Origin: Halalkalibacterium halodurans
GTDB lineage: Bacteria; Bacillota; Bacilli; Bacillales; Bacillaceae_D
Reading direction: 5' to 3'
DNA: 32,000 nt
Assembly: GCF_004376175.1 (NCBI RefSeq)
Contig: NZ_SNUY01000023.1
Span: forward strand, 22,930-54,929
Shown: in pieces, positions 1-10,287 of the stretch
Position numbering within the stretch: the first letter of the stretch is position 1
How the letters are laid out: every line of letters starts with the position of its first letter
The notes under the pieces: model-generated
Seen by the model: only the letters and a program-made list of their open reading frames with translations
Told to the model about the DNA's origin: nothing
Databases searched by the model: none
Translations under genes and position numbers: made by a program

Positions 1-2700
1 AATAATATGATCAACCGTTTTAATCACATCTAGATTATGTTCGATGACAAGCACGGTGTCACCATTATCTACAATTCGTTGCAATACTTTAAGGAGCCGG
101 TCAATATCATCCACATGGAGCCCTGTCGTCGGTTCATCTAAAATGTAGAGAGTTTTCCCTGTTGCTCGCTTATGAAGCTGAGAAGCAAGCTTCACGCGCT
201 GCGCCTCACCTCCAGAAAGGGTGGTGGCAGGTTGACCAAGCTTAATATACCCTAAACCGACATCGACTAACGTTTGAATTTTTCGCTTGATCCGCGGGAT
301 GTTCGTGAAAAATTCTAATGCTTCCTCCACCGTCATGTCTAAAACATCGGCAATCGTTTTTCCTTTATACGTAATGTCAAGCGTTTCCCGGTTGTAACGT
401 TTTCCATGACACACTTCACAAGGAACATAGACGTCTGGTAAAAAGTGCATCTCGATCTTGATGATGCCATCACCGCGACAAGCCTCACACCGACCACCTT
501 TAACGTTAAAGGAGAAGCGCCCTTTTTTATAGCCGCGTACCTTCGCTTCATTTGTCATCGCAAACACATCGCGGATGTCGTCAAACACCCCTGTGTACGT
601 TGCTGGATTGGAGCGTGGCGTCCGACCGATCGGCGATTGATCAATATCAATTACTTTGTCCACATGCTCAATACCGACGATCTCTTTATGTTTTCCTGGC
701 TTGTCTTTCGCTCTGTGTAACTTTTGCGCAAGGGCTTTATGGACGATTTCGTTAATAAGCGTACTTTTCCCCGATCCTGACACCCCAGTTACAGCAATAA
801 ACACACCGAGGGGAAATTCCACATTCACTTGTTTTAAGTTGTTCTCACTCGCTCCCTTGACGGTAAATGACTTTCCGTTCGGCTGGCGACGCTCACTTGG
901 AATCGGGATAAACTTTTTCCCCGACAAATACTGCCCGGTAAGCGACTCGGCATCATTCATAATTTCCTCAGGACTACCTGCAGCTGTGACTTGACCGCCA
1001 TGAACACCAGCTCCTGGTCCAATATCGATAATATAGTCAGCCGCTAGCATCGTATCTTCGTCATGTTCCACGACAATCAACGTGTTCCCTAAGTCACGCA
1101 TATGAGCAAGAGTCGAAATGAGTCGGTCGTTATCCCGCTGATGAAGGCCAATGGACGGCTCGTCTAAGATGTAGAGAACGCCCATGAGCGAAGATCCGAT
1201 TTGTGTCGCGAGGCGAATGCGCTGGGCTTCTCCTCCAGATAAAGTGCCAGCAGAGCGGCTTAACGTTAAATAATCCAGACCGACATTCATAAGAAAGCCA
1301 AGGCGGTCATTTATTTCTTTTAAGATTAACCTCGCAATCGAAAAATCTTTTTTGGACAGCTCTAACGACTCAAAAAATGTTTTAGCTTCTTTTATCGATA
1401 GCTTCGTCACTTCTCCTAAATGTTTACCGCCAATTAAAACAGCTAACGCTTCTTTTTTCAAGCGATGACCTTTACACGTTGGACAAGCCTTTTGCACCAT
1501 ATACGCTTCAAGTTGATCGCGAATGTAATCCGATGACGTTTCGTGATAACGACGTTTCACATTCGGGATGACCCCTTCAAAAAGGATCTCATTTTCCCGC
1601 ACTTGCCCTAGGTCATTTTCATACCGGAAAAAGATTTTTTCATGGCCACTGCCATACAAAATTTTCTCAAGCTGATGGTCGGGTAGCTGTTCCACTGGTG
1701 TATCCATATCAATTCCGTAATGGTTGCAAACCGCTTCCAGCATTTGCGGATAGTATTGCGAGCTAATCGGCTCCCACGGTGCAATGGCGTTCTCACTTAA
1801 CGTTCGAGATCGATCAGGAATTACAAGTTCAAGGTCAACCTCTAGCTTTACCCCTAGCCCATCACACGTCGGACAAGCGCCAAAAGGGCTGTTAAAAGAG
1901 AACATTCGCGGCTCAAGCTCAGGAATAGAGAAGCCACATTGGGGGCACGCATGGTGCTGGCTAAACAGCAATTCCTCTTTGCCAATAATATCGACAACAA
2001 CTCGCCCATCGGCCAATTGCAACGCTGTTTCAAGAGAATCCGCTAAACGAGTTTCAATGCCTTCTTTTACGACAATTCGGTCAATCACGACTTCAATCGT
2101 ATGCTTCTTGTTTTTGTCTAGCTCTATTTCTTCCGCTACCTCACGCATTTCCCCATCTATGCGCACCCGAACAAACCCTTGCTTTTTAATATCCTCTAGT
2201 ACTTTCACGTGTGTCCCTTTTCGTCCAGATACAAGAGGGGCGAGAATTTGCAGCTTTGTCCGTTCTTCATAAAAAAGTATCCGATCCACCATTTGCTGTA
2301 CTGTTTGCGAGGAAATTTCAATTCCATGCTTCGGACAGACAGGTTTTCCGATACGCGCATAGAGAAGGCGCAAATAATCAAAAATCTCTGTCACCGTTCC
2401 TACAGTTGAACGGGGATTTCGACTTGTCGTTTTTTGATCGATTGAAATGGCCGGCGACAAGCCTTCAATCGAGTCCACATCAGGCTTATCCATTTGTCCG
2501 AGGAACTGACGTGCATAAGCAGAAAGGGACTCTACATATCGCCGCTGTCCTTCAGCATAAATCGTATCAAAAGCCAAAGATGACTTCCCTGAGCCAGACA
2601 GCCCGGTTAACACGACGAGCTTATCTCGAGGAATGGTTACATCTATGTTTTTTAAGTTGTGGGAGCGTGCTCCTTTTACAACAATGTTATCTAACCCCAT
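1..2700 (-). CDS. uvrA: Excinuclease ABC subunit A (UvrA). The first 900 codons are present and roughly 50 C-terminal codons lie beyond the left window edge.
   Basis: Absent from the ORF track because it runs off the edge. Manual minus-strand translation from ATG 2700-2698 gives [105 protein letters not shown]. The same frame near the left edge reads [20 protein letters not shown] and [20 protein letters not shown]. The RBS GGAAGGGTGA sits in the uvrB 3' end, 6 nt after the uvrB stop. I did not check every codon for in-frame stops. Confidence 0.93.
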   Translation of the reverse strand, partial: MGLDNIVVKGARSHNLKNIDVTIPRDKLVVLTGLSGSGKSSLAFDTIYAEGQRRYVESLSAYARQFLGQMDKPDVDSIEGLSPAISIDQKTTSRNPRSTVGTVTEIFDYLRLLYARIGKPVCPKHGIEISSQTVQQMVDRILFYEERTKLQILAPLVSGRKGTHVKVLEDIKKQGFVRVRIDGEMREVAEEIELDKNKKHTIEVVIDRIVVKEGIETRLADSLETALQLADGRVVVDIIGKEELLFSQHHACPQCGFSIPELEPRMFSFNSPFGACPTCDGLGVKLEVDLELVIPDRSRTLSENAIAPWEPISSQYYPQMLEAVCNHYGIDMDTPVEQLPDHQLEKILYGSGHEKIFFRYENDLGQVRENEILFEGVIPNVKRRYHETSSDYIRDQLEAYMVQKACPTCKGHRLKKEALAVLIGGKHLGEVTKLSIKEAKTFFESLELSKKDFSIARLILKEINDRLGFLMNVGLDYLTLSRSAGTLSGGEAQRIRLATQIGSSLMGVLYILDEPSIGLHQRDNDRLISTLAHMRDLGNTLIVVEHDEDTMLAADYIIDIGPGAGVHGGQVTAAGSPEEIMNDAESLTGQYLSGKKFIPIPSERRQPNGKSFTVKGASENNLKQVNVEFPLGVFIAVTGVSGSGKSTLINEIVHKALAQKLHRAKDKPGKHKEIVGIEHVDKVIDIDQSPIGRTPRSNPATYTGVFDDIRDVFAMTNEAKVRGYKKGRFSFNVKGGRCEACRGDGIIKIEMHFLPDVYVPCEVCHGKRYNRETLDITYKGKTIADVLDMTVEEALEFFTNIPRIKRKIQTLVDVGLGYIKLGQPATTLSGGEAQRVKLASQLHKRATGKTLYILDEPTTGLHVDDIDRLLKVLQRIVDNGDTVLVIEHNLDVIKTVDHII

Positions 2701-2705
2701 TTTTT

Positions 2706-4688
2706 TCACCCTTCCGCTTTCAACTCAAGAATGAGATCTCTTAGCTCAGCAGCCCGTTCAAAGTTGAGCGTTTTTGCAGCTTCTTTCATTTCCGCTTCCA
2801 TCCGCTCGATGACCGCTTCTCGTTCTTTTTTGCTCATTTTTTGCTTTGGTGCATGACTCGTATATTCTTCTCCGTCTTCTGCCACCATCGCCGTTGCTTT
2901 AATCACATCTGGAATCCGCTTTTCGATCGTCTTCGGCGTAATGCCATGCTTTCGGTTGTACTCTTCTTGGATCGAGCGTCTCCGCTTTGTTTCATCAATG
3001 GCAATCTGCATCGACTTCGTCATACGATCCGCATACATAATGACGTAGCCATTGGCGTTCCGCGCTGCCCGTCCGATCGTCTGAATTAAAGAGCGCTCAG
3101 CACGTAAAAAACCTTCCTTGTCCGCGTCTAAAATAGCCACTAGTGAGACCTCAGGTATGTCTAATCCCTCACGAAGTAAGTTAATCCCTACAAGAACATT
3201 AAACGTACCTAGCCGTAACTGCCGGATGATTTCGATTCGCTCTAACGTCTTCACTTCAGAATGGAGGTAGCGAACTTTAATGCCAACTTCCTTTAAGTAA
3301 TCGGTTAAATCCTCGGCCATTTTTTTCGTCAATGTTGTCACAAGCACCCGCTCGTTTTTCGCCACTCGCTCGTTGATTTCTCCAATTAAATCATCAATTT
3401 GACCTTCGATTGGCCGAACCTCTATCTCCGGATCAAGCAAGCCAGTCGGTCGGATGATTTGTTCAACCATTTCTGGGGTGTGCTCAAGTTCATATGGACC
3501 AGGAGTAGCCGAAACAAATACCGCTTGATGAACTTTATGTTCAAACTCCTCAAACTTAAGGGGACGGTTGTCTAACGCTGATGGCAAGCGAAATCCATGA
3601 TCCACAAGAACACCTTTTCGCGCTTGGTCCCCGTTATACATGGCACGGATTTGTGGAATCGTCACGTGCGACTCGTCGATGATGATAAGAAAATCATCGG
3701 GAAAAAAGTCGAGCAACGTATAAGGAGTTTCTCCCGCTTTACGTAACGTTAAATGGCGGGAGTAGTTTTCGATCCCTGAACAGAATCCCATCTCGTGAAT
3801 CATTTCTAGGTCATAGCGGGTCCGTTGCTCAAGCCGCTGAGCTTCCAACAATTTTCCTTGATCATGTAGTTCTTTCAGCCGCTCTTCCAATTCTGCCTCA
3901 ATTGACTTGGTCGCTCGCTTTAATTTTTCTTCGCGGGTAACGAAGTGAGAAGCTGGAAAGATGGCCACATGGTTCCGCTCACCTTTAATTTCACCTGTCA
4001 GAGCGTCAACTTCCGTGATGCGATCAATTTCATCACCAAAAAACTCCACACGGATGCATTGCTCGTCCCGTGAAGCTGGGAAAATTTCGACAACGTCTCC
4101 TCGAACACGGAACGTCCCACGGGTAAAGTTCACATCGTTACGATCATATTGAATGTCTACGAGCTGGCGCAATAAATCATTGCGTTCAATCTCCATGCCC
4201 GTCCGCAATGAACAGACGAGTTCTTTATATTCTTCAGGTGAACCTAAACCATAAATACAAGAAACGCTCGCTACGATAATAACATCGTTTCGTTCAAATA
4301 AAGCACTTGTCGCTGAATGCCTAAGCTTATCTATTTCATCGTTGATACTTGCATCTTTTTCGATATACGTATCGGACTGGGGCACATACGCTTCCGGTTG
4401 ATAATAATCATAGTAACTCACAAAATACTCGACAGCATTGTTCGGGAAAAACTCCTTAAATTCACTATAAAGTTGTCCCGCCAACGTCTTGTTATGTGCA
4501 ATCACAAGTGTCGGCTTATTGACTTGCTGGATGACATTAGACATCGTAAACGTTTTCCCAGTACCTGTTGCACCAAGCAACGTCTGATGTTTTTTTCCTT
4601 CATTAATCCCTGCTACAAGCTGCCGAATGGCGTTCGGTTGATCTCCTTGGGGCTTGTATTGAGAGACAAGTTCAAATGACTGACTCAC
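2706..4688 (-). CDS. uvrB: Excinuclease ABC subunit B (UvrB)
   Basis: 660-aa ORF with a GTG start preceded by GAGGAGG. It has the Walker A motif GATGTGKTF, helicase motifs, and a C-terminal UVR domain ([14 protein letters not shown]). It lies directly upstream of uvrA. Confidence 0.97.
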   Translation of the reverse strand: MSQSFELVSQYKPQGDQPNAIRQLVAGINEGKKHQTLLGATGTGKTFTMSNVIQQVNKPTLVIAHNKTLAGQLYSEFKEFFPNNAVEYFVSYYDYYQPEAYVPQSDTYIEKDASINDEIDKLRHSATSALFERNDVIIVASVSCIYGLGSPEEYKELVCSLRTGMEIERNDLLRQLVDIQYDRNDVNFTRGTFRVRGDVVEIFPASRDEQCIRVEFFGDEIDRITEVDALTGEIKGERNHVAIFPASHFVTREEKLKRATKSIEAELEERLKELHDQGKLLEAQRLEQRTRYDLEMIHEMGFCSGIENYSRHLTLRKAGETPYTLLDFFPDDFLIIIDESHVTIPQIRAMYNGDQARKGVLVDHGFRLPSALDNRPLKFEEFEHKVHQAVFVSATPGPYELEHTPEMVEQIIRPTGLLDPEIEVRPIEGQIDDLIGEINERVAKNERVLVTTLTKKMAEDLTDYLKEVGIKVRYLHSEVKTLERIEIIRQLRLGTFNVLVGINLLREGLDIPEVSLVAILDADKEGFLRAERSLIQTIGRAARNANGYVIMYADRMTKSMQIAIDETKRRRSIQEEYNRKHGITPKTIEKRIPDVIKATAMVAEDGEEYTSHAPKQKMSKKEREAVIERMEAEMKEAAKTLNFERAAELRDLILELKAEG

Positions 4689-4728
4689 AGTGACAGGACC
4701 TCCTCTACGATCATTTCAAGTGTGAACA

Positions 4729-4737
4729 TTATATCAT
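4729..4737 (-). promoter_or_regulatory. Extended -10 element (TGATATAAT) of a likely sigma-A promoter for uvrBA
   Basis: The reverse complement of 4729-4737 reads TGATATAAT, about 40 nt upstream of the uvrB GTG. The best -35 is a weak TTGTGT at 18-nt spacing (4753-4758). Confidence 0.45.
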
Positions 4738-4774
4738 AGTTTTACTGGAAACACACAAATTTTACGAACATTTG

Positions 4775-4788
4775 TTTTGTTATTTACG
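4775..4788. promoter_or_regulatory. Candidate LexA (Cheo/SOS) box in the uvrB-sortase divergent region
   Basis: CGAACATTTGTTTT matches 8 of 10 defined positions of the Bacillus LexA consensus CGAAC-N4-GTTCG. uvrB is a classic SOS gene. The box lies about 17 nt upstream of the putative -35, which is not an ideal position. Confidence 0.4.
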
Positions 4789-4834
4789 TTTTGATCATGG
4801 AAAAACATTTAAGAAACCGTTAGTGAATATTTGA

Positions 4835-4843
4835 TGGTATAAT
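4835..4843 (+). promoter_or_regulatory. Extended -10 element (TGGTATAAT) upstream of the sortase gene
   Basis: TGGTATAAT lies 47 nt upstream of ATG 4890. I found no good -35. Confidence 0.35.
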
Positions 4844-4889
4844 TTTGTTATTCAGAACTTGTAGTAGGATCGAATTAGAGGAGGAAGCC

Positions 4890-5453
4890 ATGGGAAGAAA
4901 GCTCGCTATTTTCATTATGGCTATCGGGTTAGCTTGCCTCATCTATGGAGGATGGCAACTATTTTTGACATCGACGCTACAGAAGCAATCGTTGACAGAG
5001 GCACGAGAGATTACCGGGGAACAGGTTAGCAGCCCAGAAGATTTTCAAGCCAACATGGGAGATGTGATTGGAATACTGGAGATCCCGAAGCTAGAGGCAG
5101 AGCTACCGATCGTTTCCGGAACCGATGAAGACGAACTCGATCGGGGGGTCGGTCATTATACAAGCACCGTCCTGCCAGGACAAAACGATCAGATCTTACT
5201 ATCAGGTCATCGCGATACCGTTTTTCGCGATATGGGAAGATTGGAAATAGGGGATGACTTGACCGTCCATATGCCTTACGGAAGTTACACGTATCGGATT
5301 GTTGATACGGAGATTGTCGATGCTAATGATACATCGGTTATACGTTCGACGGCCCCAGACGAAGTGCTGACCCTCTCGACATGCTACCCTTTCAATTTCA
5401 TAGGGAGTGCGCCCGAACGATATATTATTTACGCCGAGCCGTACAATCAGTAA
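4890..5453 (+). CDS. Sortase, class D-like cysteine transpeptidase
   Basis: ORF-track entry 4845..5453 trimmed to ATG 4890, which follows GAGGAGGAAGCC. It has an N-terminal membrane anchor (LAIFIMAIGLACLIYGGW), the His motif LSGHRDT, the catalytic Cys motif TLSTCYPF and the C-terminal Arg region ERYIIYAEP. Confidence 0.85.
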   Translation: MGRKLAIFIMAIGLACLIYGGWQLFLTSTLQKQSLTEAREITGEQVSSPEDFQANMGDVIGILEIPKLEAELPIVSGTDEDELDRGVGHYTSTVLPGQNDQILLSGHRDTVFRDMGRLEIGDDLTVHMPYGSYTYRIVDTEIVDANDTSVIRSTAPDEVLTLSTCYPFNFIGSAPERYIIYAEPYNQ

Positions 5454-5483
5454 TCAGCAAATATCACATTACGTTAACCACGA

Positions 5484-5511
5484 GAAAGGAGCCGCAGCTG
5501 CGGCTCCTTTC
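5484..5511. terminator. Bidirectional hairpin between the convergent sortase and csbA-like genes
   Basis: Perfect palindrome GAAAGGAGCCGCAG/CTGCGGCTCCTTTC between the stop at 5453 (+) and the stop at 5511 (-). The flanking U-tracts are poor. Confidence 0.55.
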
Positions 5512-5735
5512 TACATTCCTGGTTTTTTTTTCAATACTCGTTTACCGAAATGCCAGCCTGCAAGCAGTGAGATCAGGGCAATGGCAATAACATACCATGG
5601 CTTTTCATGCAAACGAAACCACGCAAACAAAACCATAAAGGATACAATCGTTGCTCCTAGTAGGTGAAACGTTACTCGTGTCACACCGACCATAAGGAGA
5701 ATTGGCAAAACGAGTGCAAGGAAAACATCCATCAT
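5511..5735 (-). CDS. Small integral membrane protein, CsbA-like (assigned by size and position only)
   Basis: 74 aa with two or three hydrophobic helices and a basic tail (KRVLKKKPGM). The RBS AAGGAG lies upstream of ATGATG. It sits upstream of uvrB, as the ~76-aa csbA does in B. subtilis. I cannot verify sequence identity from memory. Confidence 0.55.
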   Translation of the reverse strand: MMDVFLALVLPILLMVGVTRVTFHLLGATIVSFMVLFAWFRLHEKPWYVIAIALISLLAGWHFGKRVLKKKPGM

Positions 5736-5793
5736 CTATATGTAATCTCCTTTTAATGCAAATACGATAGTGGACAAAAGTTACAAGTTGACG

Positions 5794-6990
5794 TTAAATA
5801 ACGGAATCTTGTAACTCATGATCTTCTTTTACTAATAGTACACCAAGCTGATGATGTTCTCCATCATAAAGCGCTCCTTGGGCAAAACGGACTTCCCCTG
5901 CTTTATCGATAACCTCAAGTCGACAAAATGCAGAATTCTCTTGAAGCGCCTCATAAAACGAATACTCGTTATTAACCATTTTCCCATTCACTCGTAAAAT
6001 CGTCTCTCCTATTTTTATCCCCATTTTCTCAGCCGGGCTACCAGGTAAAATACCAAGTACTTTACAACCTGTCCCTTGATTGGTAAACAGGCTTGTACTT
6101 GAGCGATCCTTTATTTTTGCCATTAAATGAATACCTTCTCGTCCGACAATCGCCACAATGGCAAAAAGAACAGATAGCCAAGGAACATACCAAGTAATAC
6201 ATACGATCAGCGCAAGGGTAAGGGCTAACCCTAGAACTTGATTACCTACCTTTCGTGAAACCACTTTTGGCAATGAAGACCAAACCTTGAAATCAGTACC
6301 GATTAAAAACGGAACCACTAGCGGCTGAAGTGATACTCCTGCAACCGTTAATATAGGCCAAAAGGAAAAGGTCGGGATCGCTCCCTCCGGAATGAACAAG
6401 ACGACAGGCAAAAGCCACAGCCTTTTCACCCGGTGGAAACCGACCCACTTGCCGCGTTTGCTCCTCACAACAACTGGAGACGAAAAGCTACCACCTCGTT
6501 TCGCGATCAGCATCCCTTCAGCTGAAAGCAACAGCACGGTCAAGTACATGATCACTAAAACAGGGATCTGACTTGCCGATTGAAGTCGTTCGTCAAACCA
6601 CGGCCAACCGGTTGTAACAAAAGGTGCCAATAAAACAACACCAATCATGAATGCCCCTACATAGGCAGGACTAATCCAACGAATATTCATTGTCACGACA
6701 GTTAAAAGATAAACAATCAATAACAGCCATAGCCAATCAATTGAAACCGTTAAGCCAATGACTATGGTGACAAGGGAAAGAAGACTCCCTGCGATCAATC
6801 CTGGAAGAAATGGGACCACGTAGTCCGCACGTATGCGAAGCACTCTCGTGTGGAAATGTTCTCGTTCCCGTCGGACTCGCTGCCAACCGATAAGGCCCAT
6901 CAAGGCTAGTCCGATGTATAGTAAAGGATGGATAAAAAAAGCAGCAATTCCTATGATGATGCTTAGTATGATTGCTCCAACCATCGACAA
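5794..6990 (-). CDS. minJ: Polytopic membrane protein with a C-terminal PDZ domain, MinJ (YvjD)-like division-site topology factor
   Basis: 398 aa, against 397 aa for B. subtilis MinJ. It has a multi-TM N-terminal part and a C-terminal PDZ (KVLGILPGSPAEKMGIKIGETILRVNGK). Its position next to ctpB matches B. subtilis. ATG 6984 is 9 nt after AAGGGGGAG and has better spacing than TTG 6990. Confidence 0.75.
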   Translation of the reverse strand: MSMVGAIILSIIIGIAAFFIHPLLYIGLALMGLIGWQRVRREREHFHTRVLRIRADYVVPFLPGLIAGSLLSLVTIVIGLTVSIDWLWLLLIVYLLTVVTMNIRWISPAYVGAFMIGVVLLAPFVTTGWPWFDERLQSASQIPVLVIMYLTVLLLSAEGMLIAKRGGSFSSPVVVRSKRGKWVGFHRVKRLWLLPVVLFIPEGAIPTFSFWPILTVAGVSLQPLVVPFLIGTDFKVWSSLPKVVSRKVGNQVLGLALTLALIVCITWYVPWLSVLFAIVAIVGREGIHLMAKIKDRSSTSLFTNQGTGCKVLGILPGSPAEKMGIKIGETILRVNGKMVNNEYSFYEALQENSAFCRLEVIDKAGEVRFAQGALYDGEHHQLGVLLVKEDHELQDSVI

Positions 6991-7140
6991 ATGCTCCCCC
7001 TTCGCTCAACTCTCTCTTACTATCTTATCGTGAAATGATCGTTTCGTCATGGACCTTTTGGGTATTTCCTTTAATTCTTGCCCAATAGTGAAAGTTGAAG
7101 ACTCACTCGTTGCAATGCTTTGCGGTCCACATCTCTCTCA

Positions 7141-7173
7141 TACGAAAGAAGGAGTACACTGTTTGTGCACTCC
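7141..7173 (-). terminator. Rho-independent terminator after the S41 peptidase gene
   Basis: The minus-strand RNA forms GGAGUGCAC-AAACA-GUGUACUCC followed by UUCUUUCGU, 40 nt after the stop at 7213. Confidence 0.6.
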
Positions 7174-7212
7174 TCTCAGATTCGACGCGCTTTACATGAT
7201 TCCTTCTTTTAA

Positions 7213-8676
7213 TCATTGAGCCTGCTCTACAATTAAATCTAAGGCGACACGCAATTGTTGATCATTTTCTTGATCACGAACTAAGTCAACAATGCTTTGT
7301 TGTAAAGCTATTGCTGTTTCTTCATCCAAGACACCTGTTGTCTCAAGCTCCTGAGAATCTTGGAAGGCACGAACAGCTTTTTCCGTCTGTTCTCCAAAGT
7401 AGCCATCTGTTCGCCCAGGTTCAAATCCTAATCCCTTCAGCATCATTTGTGCATGTTCGATTTGGTCGTTCAACATATCAAGCTCTAATGGTTCTTCCAC
7501 GCTTAAGGGTGCAGTGTAAAAATAGTCAGGTTGCAAGACTTCAACTGTCGGCTCCACTCCGACACCATTAATATCATTTCCATCAGACGTTAACCAGCGA
7601 AACAGAGATAGCTTAATCTCGCTACCATCCCCTAGCTCTATTGACTGTTGTACAGTCCCTTTACCGAACGTCGTTTCCCCGACCACATCATAATGACCTG
7701 CCTCCTTGAGTGCGGCGGCTAGTATTTCTGAAGCTGATGCACTTCCTCGATCAGTCAACCCGACAATTGGGTATGGCTTTTCCTCTTTTAGCGTGGATAA
7801 GTAGCGCATTTTCTCCCCGTCTCGGTTTTGAATCTGCACAATCGGTTCCCCTTCTGGAATAATGAGACTACCGATATCTTCCACGGCGTTTAAATAACCA
7901 CCAGGATTTCCTCTAACATCAATAATTAACCCGTCGATCCCTTCGCCTTCTAACTGGGCAAGACCTTCTTCAAAACGATCAGCTGTATCTTCTGAGAAAG
8001 AGGTAATTTCAAGCATTCCAATGGTCAGTCCGTTTCGTTCAAAGCGATGAACATGAACTGTTTCGATTGGAATTTCATCCCGCTCTACTGTTATATTAAC
8101 GACATTTGACGCACCAGGACGTTCGATCGTCAAATCCACTGTCGTCCCTTTTTCTCCCCTGATTTTAAGAACCGCTTCATAAAGAGAAAGGCCTTCGGTC
8201 GATTCTCCATCAATTTCTAAAATCCGGTCATTTGGCTGTAGTCCCGCTTTTTCTGCTGGAGATTCGCGAAATGGAGCCACGATTGTGACATATCCATTGG
8301 TCATACTTACCTCAGCGCCAATCCCTTCAAAATGGGAATCTAGAGATTGGACAAATTCTGCTGCCGTTTCTGGATCCATATAAACAGAGTAAGGATCATC
8401 CAATGTGCCTAACATTCCTTCAATCGCGCCTTGTAGGAGCTTTTCCTCATCCACTTCATCTACGTAACGATCCTGAATGAGCTGGAACGCTTGCTGAAAC
8501 TTGGCAAAAGCCTCCTCATCCGATAACGTTGCGGGAGGGCTTGATTCAGAACTAGCCGTTTCCTCTTGGGGTGAGCTAACGTTATCACCGGCCAACCCAA
8601 AGTTTGATAAGTAAGCGACCGCTCCAACAATGGCTGCAATCACAACAACCATAACGAGCATACGATTTCCTTTCAC
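7213..8676 (-). CDS. S41 family carboxy-terminal processing peptidase (CtpB position by synteny) with a C-terminal peptidoglycan-binding repeat
   Basis: 487 aa with an N-terminal anchor and a PDZ domain (SPAEKAGLQPNDRILEIDG). The catalytic Ser context is DRGSASASEI and the Lys context is TFGKGTVQ. The C-terminal segment GYFGEQTEKAVRAFQDSQELETTG resembles PG_binding_1. The GTG start follows AGAGGTGG. Confidence 0.9.
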   Translation of the reverse strand: MKGNRMLVMVVVIAAIVGAVAYLSNFGLAGDNVSSPQEETASSESSPPATLSDEEAFAKFQQAFQLIQDRYVDEVDEEKLLQGAIEGMLGTLDDPYSVYMDPETAAEFVQSLDSHFEGIGAEVSMTNGYVTIVAPFRESPAEKAGLQPNDRILEIDGESTEGLSLYEAVLKIRGEKGTTVDLTIERPGASNVVNITVERDEIPIETVHVHRFERNGLTIGMLEITSFSEDTADRFEEGLAQLEGEGIDGLIIDVRGNPGGYLNAVEDIGSLIIPEGEPIVQIQNRDGEKMRYLSTLKEEKPYPIVGLTDRGSASASEILAAALKEAGHYDVVGETTFGKGTVQQSIELGDGSEIKLSLFRWLTSDGNDINGVGVEPTVEVLQPDYFYTAPLSVEEPLELDMLNDQIEHAQMMLKGLGFEPGRTDGYFGEQTEKAVRAFQDSQELETTGVLDEETAIALQQSIVDLVRDQENDQQLRVALDLIVEQAQ

Positions 8677-8809
8677 GTTGTTCCACCTCTTTCAACATCC
8701 TGCATCACCTAATCATACTCCTCTTCTTAGTTTAACGTTTCAAGCACTATTCGTCATCCACCGTTTCCCCTAATTCCGAAAAAGAATCCCTATCGAACGT
8801 TCCTCACTA

Positions 8810-8852
8810 GGAAAAAGAAAGAAAAGAAGACATTGCATATCATAGCAATGCC
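8810..8852 (-). terminator. Rho-independent terminator after the M23 peptidase gene
   Basis: The minus-strand RNA forms GGCAUUGC-UAUGAUAU-GCAAUGUC followed by UUCUUUUCUUUCUUUUU, 32 nt after the stop at 8884. Confidence 0.55.
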
Positions 8853-8883
8853 TCCTTTATAAGGTTATGAGGTTGTCTTACAT

Positions 8884-10254
8884 TTAATTAATATAATTCA
8901 TTGGGTTTACAGGTGTCCCATTTTCATGCACTTCAAAATGAAGATGTGGTCCTGTTGAGAGCCCTGTGTTCCCCATAATTCCGATCGTTTGTCCTTTTGA
9001 TACACGCTGTCCAGCAGAGACACTTCGACTCTCCAAATGGGCATATAATGTCGTTACTTGTCTTCCGTTATAGCTGTGGGCAATGATGACCATGTTTCCG
9101 TATCCACCACTACTGTAAGACGATTGAACGACCGTCCCGTCATAGGCGGCAACAACAGGGACATTACTTCTATTACCTCGAGGAATATCAATACCCGCAT
9201 GAAATTTTCTTTGTCCGGTAATCGGATGCGTACGATAACCGAAGTTAGATGATATAGGTCCCGTCGCTGGTCTCATAAATCCAGAACCTGACGATGACGG
9301 TGCTAAATGAGTTTCTCCGCCACCTCCGCCACTGCTACCGCCATTAGAGCGTGAGGTTGTACCAGAATTTGAGCCTGAATCAGAGTTTGAGCCTCCGTTT
9401 CCACCAGATGAAGAAGTTTGTGCTTGCTGAGCTGCTGCCTCTGCTGCCGCTTTTTCGGCAGCTTTCCGTTCTTCTTCTTGCTTTTTCCAAAGCTCATACT
9501 CTTCTTGTAATGCTTTTTCTTGCTGACGTAAAAGCTCTTCATCGTTTTCAAGTGACTCTAAATCACCATGCAGCTCATCTTCACGGCTAGCCAGTTCACC
9601 CATTACCTTTTCTTTCTCTTTTTGTTGCTCTTCTAGTTCAGCCATTAGATTTTCCAGCTCGACCAAGTGACCTTCTAGCGTCTCTAATTTTTCTTCTACT
9701 TGCGCCTTCGCTTCTTCTAATAGGCGGTGATCTTCAATATGTGCCTCTAGAATGCTACGATCTTGTTCGGCAATAACCGATAGGGCACTCACTCGGTCAA
9801 GAAAATCTCCGAAGCTTTTCGCTCCTAAAATGACTTCTAAATAATCGATGGAACCACCGTTTTGATACATGGCGCGAGCCCGTTCTTTTAACAGCTCATC
9901 CCGCTCAGCAATCCGCTCTTCTAAAATTTCAATTTGCTCTTTTAACTCTTCAATCTCAGCTTGTACTTCTTCAATTTCTTCGCGCTTTTCTCGAATTTTC
10001 CCACTTGTTTCCTCTACTTCTTTATCTAAGCGCTCAATTTCAGCAGTGATGTCGCCCAGTTCCTTTTCAACTTCCTTAAGCTCAGCTTCCGTCTTTTGTT
10101 TTTGCTGTTGTTTTTCTTGACGTTCCTTTTGGACATCAGAAATTTGATTTTGAAGAGATGAATTTGCCTTTGCATCTTCAATACTAGATTGAGAGAATAA
10201 GATGCTAAATGTGAGTAATCCTGCGGCCGCTACTAGACTGATTTTACGGTTCAT
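8884..10254 (-). CDS. Secreted coiled-coil M23 (LytM) peptidoglycan DD-metalloendopeptidase, with EnvC/PcsB-like architecture
   Basis: 456 aa with a signal peptide and a ~270-aa E/K/L-rich coiled coil. A Ser/Gly/Asn linker leads to a C-terminal LytM domain with intact HxxxD (FHAGIDI) and HxH (PHLHFEVH) motifs. It starts 33 nt downstream of ftsX. Confidence 0.9.
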   Translation of the reverse strand: MNRKISLVAAAGLLTFSILFSQSSIEDAKANSSLQNQISDVQKERQEKQQQKQKTEAELKEVEKELGDITAEIERLDKEVEETSGKIREKREEIEEVQAEIEELKEQIEILEERIAERDELLKERARAMYQNGGSIDYLEVILGAKSFGDFLDRVSALSVIAEQDRSILEAHIEDHRLLEEAKAQVEEKLETLEGHLVELENLMAELEEQQKEKEKVMGELASREDELHGDLESLENDEELLRQQEKALQEEYELWKKQEEERKAAEKAAAEAAAQQAQTSSSGGNGGSNSDSGSNSGTTSRSNGGSSGGGGGETHLAPSSSGSGFMRPATGPISSNFGYRTHPITGQRKFHAGIDIPRGNRSNVPVVAAYDGTVVQSSYSSGGYGNMVIIAHSYNGRQVTTLYAHLESRSVSAGQRVSKGQTIGIMGNTGLSTGPHLHFEVHENGTPVNPMNYIN

Positions 10255-10287
10255 GAACTCCCTTTCCTCCTCATAAGCACTTGTTCT

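Noticed and set aside
445-2744. Plus-strand ORFs inside uvrA (445..720, 656..994, 1784..2272, 2211..2744) and similar shadow ORFs inside uvrB, secA, fliD, flgK and flgL
   Set aside because: They are antisense or alternative-frame shadows of long, well-supported genes. They have low-complexity or Cys/Ser/Arg-rich composition and no SD.
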